Source: Alphaproteobacteria bacterium
GTDB taxonomy: Bacteria > Pseudomonadota > Alphaproteobacteria > UBA828
Length of the DNA: 64,000 bases
Reading direction: 5' to 3'
Assembly: GCA_965221125.1 (NCBI GenBank)
Contig: CBDCRW010000006.1
Span: forward strand, 480,001-544,000
A program made the translations under genes and the position numbers. The notes under the pieces are model-generated. The model had not been told where the DNA came from, searched no databases, and saw only the letters and a program-made list of their open reading frames with translations. This document shows, in pieces, positions 1 through 7,797 of the stretch. Numbering within the stretch: the first letter of the stretch is position 1; every line of letters begins with the position of its first letter.

Positions 1-1325
1 AGGCACGGCGAGACGGAGAGGTCGAGCACGGGCTGGGAGACGAAGTTGGCCGGGTTCTTCCGCACCTCCCCGGCGTAGGCGGCGCGCTCGGCCGGCGAGG
101 CGTGGGGGCCCACGAGCATGCCGTAGCCGCCGGATTCGCCCACCATCTTCACGACCAGCGTCTCCAGGTTGTCGAGCGTGTATTCCAGCCCTTGCGGATC
201 GCGGCAGAGATGGGTGTCCACGTTGGCGAGCAGCGGCTCCTCGCCCAGGTAGTAGCGGATCATGTCGGGCACGTAGGCGTAGACGCTTTTGTCGTCGGCG
301 ACGCCGGTGCCGGGCGCGTTGGCGATGGTCACGTTGCCGAGCCGGTAGGCATAGAAGAGGCCGGGGGTGCCGAGCTGGGAATCGGGGCGGAAGGCCAGGG
401 AGTCGATGAAGTCGTCGTCGATGCGGCGGTAGATCACGTCCACCTTCTGCAGACCCGCGGTCGTGCGCATGTAGACGAAGCCGTTGTGGACCACGAGGTC
501 GCTGCCCTGCACCAGCTCCACGCCCATCTCCTGGGCCAGGAACATGTGCTCGTAGAAGGCGGAGTTGTAGACGCCGGGGGTGAGCAGGACGATGCAGGGG
601 TCCGAGACGCCGGGCGGCGCGAGCTCGGCCAGCGTCTGGCGCAGGAGCCGCCCGTAGTGCTCGATGCCGCACACCCGGTGGCGGCGGAAGAGGTTGCGCA
701 GGCTGGTCTTCAGCGCGCGCCGGTTGGCCAGCATGTAGGAGACGCCGGAGGGCACGCGCAGGTTGTCCTCCAGCACCACGAAGCCCGCGTTGGTGCGCAC
801 GATGTCCGTGCCGCAGAGTGCCACGTAGACGCCGTGGGGCACCTCGAGGCCCCGCATCTCGACCCGGTACTGCGGGCAGCCCCGCACCAGGTCCACCGGC
901 ACGACCCCGTCGTCCATGATCCGCCCCGGCCCGTAGACGTCCGCCAGGAAGCGGTTGAGGGCTTCCAGGCGCTGCTTCAGGCCGCGCTCGACCAGGTCCC
1001 AGTCGGCCGCGTCCACGAGCCTCGGCAGGAAGTCGATGGGGATGATCCGCTCCTGCGCGCCATCCTCGCCGTAGACCGCGAACGTGATGCCCTGGTGCAG
1101 GAAGGAGCGCTCGGCGTACTCCTGCATGGCGGCGATCTCGGCCGGGCGCATCCCGTCGAGCGCCTCGCAGAGCGCCCGGCAGTGCGCGCGCGGCACGCCA
1201 GCGGCCTCGAACATCTCGTCGTAGAAGGCCGGGCGGGTCTCGTAGGCGGCGAACAGGCGCTGCCCGGCCCCAACCGGGCCGTCGCCGTCGGCGTCCGCCT
1301 CTCTACCCAGCGATTCGCGGCTCAT
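1..1325 (-). CDS. circularly permuted ATP-grasp type 2 protein (3' end runs off window)
   Basis: Not in the ORF track (no stop inside the window). Manual translation from ATG 1325 gives MSRESLG...FYDEMF...GITFAVY...ERIIPIDFLPR...VLEDNLRVPSGVSYML...LLTPGVYNSAFYEH...VDVIYRRIDDDF...ANAPGTGVADDK...GESGGYG, all typical of CP_ATPgrasp_2. Confidence 0.9.
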   Translation of the reverse strand, partial: MSRESLGREADADGDGPVGAGQRLFAAYETRPAFYDEMFEAAGVPRAHCRALCEALDGMRPAEIAAMQEYAERSFLHQGITFAVYGEDGAQERIIPIDFLPRLVDAADWDLVERGLKQRLEALNRFLADVYGPGRIMDDGVVPVDLVRGCPQYRVEMRGLEVPHGVYVALCGTDIVRTNAGFVVLEDNLRVPSGVSYMLANRRALKTSLRNLFRRHRVCGIEHYGRLLRQTLAELAPPGVSDPCIVLLTPGVYNSAFYEHMFLAQEMGVELVQGSDLVVHNGFVYMRTTAGLQKVDVIYRRIDDDFIDSLAFRPDSQLGTPGLFYAYRLGNVTIANAPGTGVADDKSVYAYVPDMIRYYLGEEPLLANVDTHLCRDPQGLEYTLDNLETLVVKMVGESGGYGMLVGPHASPAERAAYAGEVRKNPANFVSQPVLDLSVSPC

Positions 1326-1460
1326 GCGTCACGCGCGCCATCCATCAGACCCGGCACGATTGTCGTTTGGAACCGGGGCGATTCGCAAGCGCAGTCGCGC
1401 CGGCAGGCGCGCGGAATCACAGATCGCGCCGGAAGGCGCGCGGCGGGCGACTTGGGGGGA

Positions 1461-2060
1461 TTAGTGCACCGTCGGCGGTGCGCTGTGCGCCGTGGTCCCC
1501 GCGTGGGGATGGGCTGCGTCGGCTGCGAGGTGGAGGCGCTGGGGCAGGCAGTAGCCGGCAGCCCGAAGCGCCGCGGCAAAGGCGGCGCCGTCGGCTGCGG
1601 CGATCCGCATCGCCGCCGGCGGCATGAACCAGGAGAGGAGCGCGGCCGTGTGCCGGCAGTCTCCCTCCTGGCAGCCTGCGAGGAAGGACAGGAACAGCCG
1701 CTCGTCATTGCTGACGAAGCGGCAGCACATGGGGTTGAGCCGCAGGCTGCGCGCGCCCGCGCTGGCGAAGACGTCGAGGGTGTGCTCCAGGGCCTCCGCC
1801 GCCTCGAGCCCGGCCGTCGGTCCGCCGCTGGGGCAAAGCGCCACGCTTAGTTCGCCGGCGACCCGCGCCAGAACGTCCCGTCGGCAGGCGGCGGCCTCGC
1901 TCTCGGTCGCGGCCGCGCCGTGATCGGCGGTGGCCAGCCGGCGCGCCGACCAGAGCACGAGCTGTTCGGCGAAGGTAAGGCGGGGGATGGTCCTCCCCGG
2001 CCCGGTCGGGCGGCGCGGCGCGCGTGTCTCGACCTCCTGCTGGATCACGCCGTCGGCCAT
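1461..2060 (-). CDS. hypothetical protein with PMCCxFVSxDE motif, probably iron-regulated
   Basis: 3' part of ORF 1461..2576. ATG at 2060 follows a GGAGGA RBS; 199 aa, Cys-Cys motif, C-terminal ...PPTVH; Fur-like box upstream. Confidence 0.7.
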   Translation of the reverse strand: MADGVIQQEVETRAPRRPTGPGRTIPRLTFAEQLVLWSARRLATADHGAAATESEAAACRRDVLARVAGELSVALCPSGGPTAGLEAAEALEHTLDVFASAGARSLRLNPMCCRFVSNDERLFLSFLAGCQEGDCRHTAALLSWFMPPAAMRIAAADGAAFAAALRAAGYCLPQRLHLAADAAHPHAGTTAHSAPPTVH

Positions 2061-2104
2061 CTCGTCCTCCGTCCCCGTCCGTGCCCGCGTTCGACCGCGT
2101 CGGT

Positions 2105-2123
2105 AATGCGAATGCGTCGCAAT
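2105..2123. promoter_or_regulatory. Fur-like iron box (TGCGA-N5-TCGCA)
   Basis: AATGCGAATGCGTCGCAAT in an AT-rich divergent intergenic region; resembles the alphaproteobacterial Fur box. Weaker second copy AATGCAACTCATTCTTAGT at 2151-2169. Confidence 0.55.
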
Positions 2124-2319
2124 ATTGAAATGTAAACGGGGAAAGACCGAAATGCAACTCATTCTTAGTTCTAACTCGCGGGCGCGATGAAAGGGTCGAA
2201 GCCTCCGCCTGCGTCGCCTGCCGGCACCCCGCGGGCCACAAACGTGATGAAAAACTCCCGCGCGTCCGGTATCCATCCGGGAGCGACATGCCCGCGAGCC
2301 ACGCGCAAGGATCCGCACG

Positions 2320-3357
2320 ATGAAATTCCAATTGGCCATCAACATGGAGCGCTTGGCGCCCGACCTCGACATGCGCGATGTTGAGCGCCACACGCTGGAG
2401 ATGGTGCAGATGGCCGACGAGGGCGGATTCGCCATCGCCTGGGCCGCCGAGCACCACGCGCTGGAGATGACGATTGCGCCCAATCCGTTCCAGATCCTGA
2501 CGTGGTGGGCGGCGCACACGTCCCGCATCCGCCTCGGCTCGGCGGTGGTGGTGGCGGCGTACTGGCATCCCATCAAGGCGGCGGGCGAGGCCGCGCTGCT
2601 CGATCTCTACAGCGGCGGGCGGCTCGAGTTCGGCATCGGCTCCGGCGCCTATCAGCGCGAGTTCGACCGCATGCACCCCGGCCTGCAGCGGAACGACGCC
2701 TTCCACCACATGTTCGAGATGCTGCCGGCGGTGAAGGCGCTCTGGCAGGGCGACTACGCGCACGAGGGCGAATTCTGGTCCTTCCCGGCCGCGACCTCGG
2801 TGCCGAAGCCGTTGCAGAAGCCGCATCCGCCGATCTGGATCGCCGCGCGCTCGCCGGACACGTATGACTTCGCGGTGAAGCACGAGTGCAATATCCTCTC
2901 GTGGCCCCTGACGCGCCCGATGTCCGAGGTCGAGGCCTACAGGGAGCGGATGGAGAGCGCGCTCGCCGCCAACCCCGGCAAGCGGCGGCCGGTCTTCGCC
3001 ACCATGCGCCACACGGTGGTGTACGACCGCAAGGACGAGTGGGAGGTGCCGGTCAAGGCCGCGATACGCCAGTTCGGCCAGTTCGAGAACCTGTTCAAGA
3101 ACCTGGGCGACGTGGCCAACGGTTTTCCGCGGACGATCCCCCTCTCGGAGCTGGAGAACCGGGGCGAGTACGACCCGCAGATGCTCCACACCAACCTGAT
3201 GTTCGGCACGCCGGACGCGGTGGTCGAGAAGCTCCGGGCCTACGCGGCGCTCGGCGTCGACCAGTTCACCTACTACGCGAGCCTCGGCCTGGGCATGAAG
3301 GAGCAGAAGCGCTCGCTCCGGCTGTTCATCGACGAGGTGATGCCGGCCTTCGCGTGA
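2320..3357 (+). CDS. LLM-class (luciferase-like) flavin-dependent monooxygenase
   Basis: WAAEHH, HPIKAAGEAALLDLYSGGRLEFGIGSG, PKPLQKPHPPIWIA motifs. Confidence 0.9.
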   Translation: MKFQLAINMERLAPDLDMRDVERHTLEMVQMADEGGFAIAWAAEHHALEMTIAPNPFQILTWWAAHTSRIRLGSAVVVAAYWHPIKAAGEAALLDLYSGGRLEFGIGSGAYQREFDRMHPGLQRNDAFHHMFEMLPAVKALWQGDYAHEGEFWSFPAATSVPKPLQKPHPPIWIAARSPDTYDFAVKHECNILSWPLTRPMSEVEAYRERMESALAANPGKRRPVFATMRHTVVYDRKDEWEVPVKAAIRQFGQFENLFKNLGDVANGFPRTIPLSELENRGEYDPQMLHTNLMFGTPDAVVEKLRAYAALGVDQFTYYASLGLGMKEQKRSLRLFIDEVMPAFA

Positions 3358-3394
3358 GGGCGCCTGCGAGCCCGGCGTCGGACGGCGGAGGCCA

Positions 3395-4192
3395 ATGAGC
3401 GCGGGTCGCACGGGCGGGACCGCCTGGGAGCAGCACGGCGAGGGGCCGCCGGTCGTGCTCGTGCACGGCTTCGGGCTCAACCGCGCCATGTGGCAGTGGC
3501 AGCTGCCGGCGCTCACGCCGCATTTCCGGGTGCTGACCTACGACCTGCTGGGCCACGGCGAGAGCGCGCCGCCTTCTGGCACGCCCGACCTCGCCATGTT
3601 TTCCGCACAGCTGCTCGGGCTCATGGACCGCTGCGGCATCGCGCGCGCGGCGGTCGTCGGGTTCTCGCTCGGCGGCATGATCGCGCGGCGCTTCGCGCTG
3701 GACCATCCGGATCGGCTCGTCGCGCTCGCGATCCTGAATTCGCCGCACGACCGCAGCCCGGCAGAGCGCGCGGCGGTGCGCGCGCGCGTGCGCCAGACCG
3801 AGGCGGAGGGGCCGTCGGCCAACCTGGAGCCCGCGCTCGAACGCTGGTTCACGCCGGCCTTCCGCGCCGAGGCGCCGGAGACCATCGCCCTCGTCCGCGA
3901 CTGGATCATGCGCAACGATCCGCATCTCTACCCGCGGATCTATCGGGTGCTCGCCGAGGGCGATGCCGAGATCGCGGGCGGTCTGGAGCGGATCGCGTGC
4001 CCTGCGCTGGTCATGACCGGCGCGGACGACCCCGGCAACACGCCCGCCATGGCGCGGGCCATGGCCGGGCTGATCCCCGGCGCCCGTCTCGCGATCCTGC
4101 CGGGGCTGCGGCACATGGCGCTCGCCGAGGCGCCGGAGGCGGTCAACGCGCCGCTCGCGGCCTTCCTGCGCGACGCGCTGGGAGCGACCTAA
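3395..4192 (+). CDS. alpha/beta hydrolase (enol-lactone hydrolase-like)
   Basis: HGFG, DLLGHGES, nucleophile elbow GFSLGG, C-terminal His (LRHM). Confidence 0.85.
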   Translation: MSAGRTGGTAWEQHGEGPPVVLVHGFGLNRAMWQWQLPALTPHFRVLTYDLLGHGESAPPSGTPDLAMFSAQLLGLMDRCGIARAAVVGFSLGGMIARRFALDHPDRLVALAILNSPHDRSPAERAAVRARVRQTEAEGPSANLEPALERWFTPAFRAEAPETIALVRDWIMRNDPHLYPRIYRVLAEGDAEIAGGLERIACPALVMTGADDPGNTPAMARAMAGLIPGARLAILPGLRHMALAEAPEAVNAPLAAFLRDALGAT

Positions 4193-5061
4193 CCGAACGC
4201 GGCGAGGAGGCCGACGCCGCCCACCACCAGGCCGACGCCGCCCCATTGCAGCGGCGAGACCGGCTCGCGCAGGAAGATGCGTGCCAGCACCACCGTCACC
4301 ACGGTGTATCCCACACTAGCCACGATGGCGAACTCGCCGTGGGGGAGGCCGAGGCCGGTGTAGAGCAGCAGATGGCCCGTCGTGTCCAGGACACCGAAGG
4401 CCGCGAGGATCGGCCAGGCCCGCACGGGGAAGCGCACGCGCTCCCGCCGGCCGAGAACGATCGCCGTGAGCGCCACGAAGCCGATGAGCCGGACCACCAG
4501 CACGGTCTGCCAGGGGCCGTAGATGTCGATGGCCCGGTCGGCGGCGGTCAGCGAGGCGGCAAAAGTGGCCGCCGCTACCAGGGAGTAGAGGATCGTGCGC
4601 CGGATCACGGCGGGCGCGTATTCCGGCGCTGCGCCGTCGCCCGCCGGCATGGTGCGCGCCACCAGCCAGACCCCGGCCATGGTGGCGACCATCGCGCCCC
4701 AGTGGAGTGGATCGGGCCGCGCGCCGAGGGCGACGGAGATCGGTACCGCGATCGCCGGGTAGCAGGCCACCACGGGCGACGCGAGCGAGACCGGCCCGTG
4801 GGTCACCGCGTGGTAGAACGCGATCGAGCCGAGCACGGTGCCGGCGCCGATGCCGAAGAGCCAGTGGAGGCCGTCGGGGCGCCAGTCGAAGGGCTCGCCC
4901 GTCGCCGCCATGATCGACGCGATCAGCACGGCGCCGAGCGTCATCATCGTACACGTCGCCACCAGGACGCCCACCGAGCGGCCGGCGAAACGCGCGATGA
5001 TGTCCGAGACGCCCCAGGCCAGCGCGCAGCCCGCGCCCCAGGCGGCCGCGCTCTCTAGCAT
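4189..5061 (-). CDS. DMT/EamA family transporter
   Basis: About 10 hydrophobic segments in two repeats; ending FLREPVSPLQWGG. Confidence 0.85.
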   Translation of the reverse strand: MLESAAAWGAGCALAWGVSDIIARFAGRSVGVLVATCTMMTLGAVLIASIMAATGEPFDWRPDGLHWLFGIGAGTVLGSIAFYHAVTHGPVSLASPVVACYPAIAVPISVALGARPDPLHWGAMVATMAGVWLVARTMPAGDGAAPEYAPAVIRRTILYSLVAAATFAASLTAADRAIDIYGPWQTVLVVRLIGFVALTAIVLGRRERVRFPVRAWPILAAFGVLDTTGHLLLYTGLGLPHGEFAIVASVGYTVVTVVLARIFLREPVSPLQWGGVGLVVGGVGLLAAFG

Positions 5062-5280
5062 CGAGGCGCTGCCGTCACGAGGTCATGCGATCGTGCGGGG
5101 GCGGCCGGGCGCGTGCGGAGTGGCGGCCGGGTGCAGGGAGTGGGGAGGGCCCATGGCGGCGCGGATTATGGGCGGTGCGACCGGCCCCGTCGAGGTGCGG
5201 GAGAGGGCGGCCGGCGGCACCGCGCCATATTTCTGTCGCATTCGTGGGTAGTCTTGGTGTCGACAGCCGGGGTGAACGAC

Positions 5281-5360
5281 ATGCGGCCTCTTCGCGCACA
5301 ACGCTGGCTCGAAGGCCGCACGCCGCGATGGCGGAGGGCGCTCGTTGTGGGCTGCGCCTT
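5281..5360 (+). pseudogene. 5' fragment (signal peptide N-region) of IS-interrupted secreted protein
   Basis: MRPLRAQRWLEGRTPRWRRALVVGCA joins in frame to LVLIGLAMAVTPAAPLRA at 6994-6996 once the IS is removed at the CTT core. Confidence 0.75.
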
Positions 5361-5372
5361 CCGTAATGGGGC

Positions 5373-5799
5373 GGTTGATGTCAAACACCGATCTTCACGA
5401 TCTTCCGGCCTGGCACGGTGGCTCGCACATGAAGCACCGTAGCCTGTTGCAAATCGAATCACAGGCGCGGTCAACATAGCGGATTGCCATGGCGGGAGCG
5501 GCTAACTGACTCGTCTGCGCGGCAAAGAAGGAAGCGGGATTCCCGGATGTGTCCGTCGCCAGGCTCTCGCTTCCGTCCGTGGTCAGCGCAGCGGCTGCCA
5601 ACGTCATGCCTGGTCCAAACGATTCCCGAGTGCCGATCTTGGTCGCGTGCTCGAACGCGATGAAACGGTTCGGCCGACAAGACGCAGCGCGTGCATCAAC
5701 GGGAACCGCGTCCCGGCGAGGGGACACCGGTGGATCGCCACCTTCAGGCGCGGCTCTTTCCTCCTCTCGCTTCCGATTGCCGGTGGGATGCAGCCGCGC
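5373..5799 (-). ncRNA. candidate bridge RNA / seekRNA region (exact ends unknown)
   Basis: About 430 nt non-coding, 3' of the IS1111-type recombinase, with local hairpins. Target-matching segments at 5678-5688 and 5638-5644; donor-junction match at 5400-5407. Confidence 0.65.
5379..5384 (-). promoter_or_regulatory. outward-facing -35 box TTGACA of the IS circle-junction promoter
   Basis: TTGACA then 17 nt then GAAGAT forms only across the circular junction; the linear context reads GAAGGC. Confidence 0.6.
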
Positions 5800-6843
5800 C
5801 TATGCCGTCTGGAGCGCCATCGCCTCCTCGCGCGTGAAGCGGAACTCGGTGCCGTCCCGCCACATCCGGTGAAGTACCACGCCGATGCGCCGGGCCAGGG
5901 CGACGGTCGCACGCTTCTTGCCACGGAGCTTCGCCAGACGAAGCGCCCAGGCCTTCAGCCAGTTCGGCCCGGCGGTGCCGTTCAGCATCACCGTGGCGGC
6001 CTGATAGAGCGCGGTACGCAGACCTGCGTCGCCGCACTTCGTGATGCCGCCGACAATATCTCGCTCGCCGGATTGGTCCCGGCCCGGCGTCAGTCCCACC
6101 CAGGGGCCGACATCCTTCGATCTCCGGAACCGCCCGGGATCGTCAATCGCCGATTTGAAGGTCAGGGCCACGACCGCGCCTACGCCGGGCATGGTCATCA
6201 GCAGCCGGCATACCGGATCCTCCCTGGCCAGATCGCGGACCAGCTTCTCCAGGCCGGCCAGCTCGCGGCGCAGAGCCACCCGCGCGCGCAGGATCGGTTC
6301 GGCGGCGGCCTCCAGCATCGCGTTGCCTGCGATCAACTCCCGGACGCGGGCCTCCCAGCGGCCCTTCGAGACCTGGCCCAGCTTCAGGCCAAAGTTGCGC
6401 AACACGCCGCGCAGCGAGAGTTCCATATCGGTGAGCGCGCCCTTCACGGACCTGCGCGAGGTCAGCAGTGCGCGCATCTCCTGCGACGATACCGACTTGC
6501 AGTGCACCGGCCTGAACCAGCCCATCTGCAAGAGCCGTGCGATGCCCTCGGCATCCCGGCGATCCGTCTTGATCGGCATCGCCTTCAGCGCTGCCTTCAC
6601 CCGCCGGGTCTCCATAAGGACGGCCTCGAAGCCGGCGTCGGTCAGCCCCTTGTGCAACCAGTGGGACAGGGGACCGGCCTCAAGACCGATCACGGCGATC
6701 TCGTGCTCCAGCTTGCCCATGAACGCAACCAACGCGTCAGGCGTGCTGGCGACCTGAGCCTCGGTCACGATCTTGCCCTTGTCGCCGATCACGCAGATTG
6801 TCGTGCTTGCCAGCGATACATCCAGCCCGATATAGACAGCCAT
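5800..6843 (-). CDS. IS110 family transposase/recombinase
   Basis: N-terminal RuvC-like DEDD domain (YIGLDVS, GLEAG, KTDRRD); C-terminal Tnp20-type domain (PGVG, GLTPGRDQSGE with catalytic Ser, GGITKCGD, VALARR). 347 aa from ATG 6843. Confidence 0.95.
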   Translation of the reverse strand: MAVYIGLDVSLASTTICVIGDKGKIVTEAQVASTPDALVAFMGKLEHEIAVIGLEAGPLSHWLHKGLTDAGFEAVLMETRRVKAALKAMPIKTDRRDAEGIARLLQMGWFRPVHCKSVSSQEMRALLTSRRSVKGALTDMELSLRGVLRNFGLKLGQVSKGRWEARVRELIAGNAMLEAAAEPILRARVALRRELAGLEKLVRDLAREDPVCRLLMTMPGVGAVVALTFKSAIDDPGRFRRSKDVGPWVGLTPGRDQSGERDIVGGITKCGDAGLRTALYQAATVMLNGTAGPNWLKAWALRLAKLRGKKRATVALARRIGVVLHRMWRDGTEFRFTREEAMALQTA

Positions 6844-6995
6844 GTCGTTGCCCTTTCCTCTCGAAGGATTGGGGCGCGCCTTCCGGCAAGACCCCGTGAG
6901 CACGCTGAGCGTGCAAGGGCAACGACACCCGATTCGTCGTCATCGGGACAGGCTCCGATGGTGCCGATTGGCGCCGAGCCCCATTACGGCATCTT

Positions 6996-7737
6996 GGTCC
7001 TGATCGGCTTAGCCATGGCGGTGACCCCGGCTGCCCCTCTCCGCGCCGGCGAAGCGGACGCCGCGCACGCGTCGCCCTGGGCCGCGGCCGCCGCCGAGGC
7101 GCGCATCCTGGCCGACCGCATCCTGCAGCGGGAGAGCGACGACCTGATACTGGACGGCAAGCGCCGGCGCGCGCTCGGCCACGAGATCAAGCAGGCGCTG
7201 TTGCTCATCCGCCGCGAATATCCGGCGATGGCGGACGTTTCGGTGCGTCAGGACGACCGCGGGGCGGCGCTCGTTCTGGGGCTGGAGGGCGCGCTGCGCG
7301 ATGCAGTCTTCGCCGCGTGGGACGGCGATGGCGGGGACGCGCCGCCGGCGACCGGGCACGGGGCGTTCGATGCCCTGGGCGCCGGGCTCGGGCTCCGGGC
7401 CGTGCAGGCGTACCCCGCTCTCGACTCGGCCGTTCTGTACCTCGACGAGCGCGCGAACGTCGCTGCGGCGCTGCGGGCGTATCGCGCGATCGACGGCGTC
7501 GGCTACGCCGAGCCCGACGCGATGCTGGGCGACGGCTCCGATATCGAGGCCGCCAAGGCAGACGGGCACTGGCATTTCGTCTTTCGCCGGGCGTGGGGCG
7601 ACTGCCCCGCCGGCTGCATCGACGAGGAACTTTCGTTCTTCACCGTGGCGGACGGAGAGGCCGCGCTGATCGAGCCCGCCCGGGCGCGCGCCATGGACGC
7701 CTTCGCCGCTCTCGTCGCCACCAGAGGCTGGCGCTAG
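6996..7737 (+). pseudogene. 3' fragment of IS-interrupted secreted hypothetical protein (WGDCPAGCI motif)
   Basis: Coding-like tail of ORF 5647..7737; carries the h/c-region of the signal peptide (APLRA) and a C-terminal FRRAWGDCPAGCIDE motif. Confidence 0.75.
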
Positions 7738-7797
7738 AATGCCGCCCGCCGCCGTTCGCGCGCTGCCGGACGGCTTCGGGAAGCAAGGGAGAGCAGG

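Larger units (their letters stand above)
5361..6995 (-). mobile_element. IS110-family element, IS1111 type (1635 bp)
   Basis: Perfect 12-bp subterminal IR: CCGTAATGGGGC (5361-5372) / GCCCCATTACGG (6978-6989). CTT core at both junctions (5358-5360, 6993-6995). Removing the element restores an ORF. Long non-coding region 3' of the transposase. Confidence 0.9.

Noticed and set aside
102-1850. 582-aa plus-strand ORF, and similar long ORFs (7009..9468, 26842..28794, 34407..36851, 54189..56219, 58425..60281)
   Set aside because: Antisense shadows of real genes, typical of high-GC DNA; no recognisable motifs.
5647-7737. 696-aa ORF as one gene
   Set aside because: Chimeric: the first ~450 aa are antisense to the transposase; only the part from 6994 onward is the real interrupted gene.
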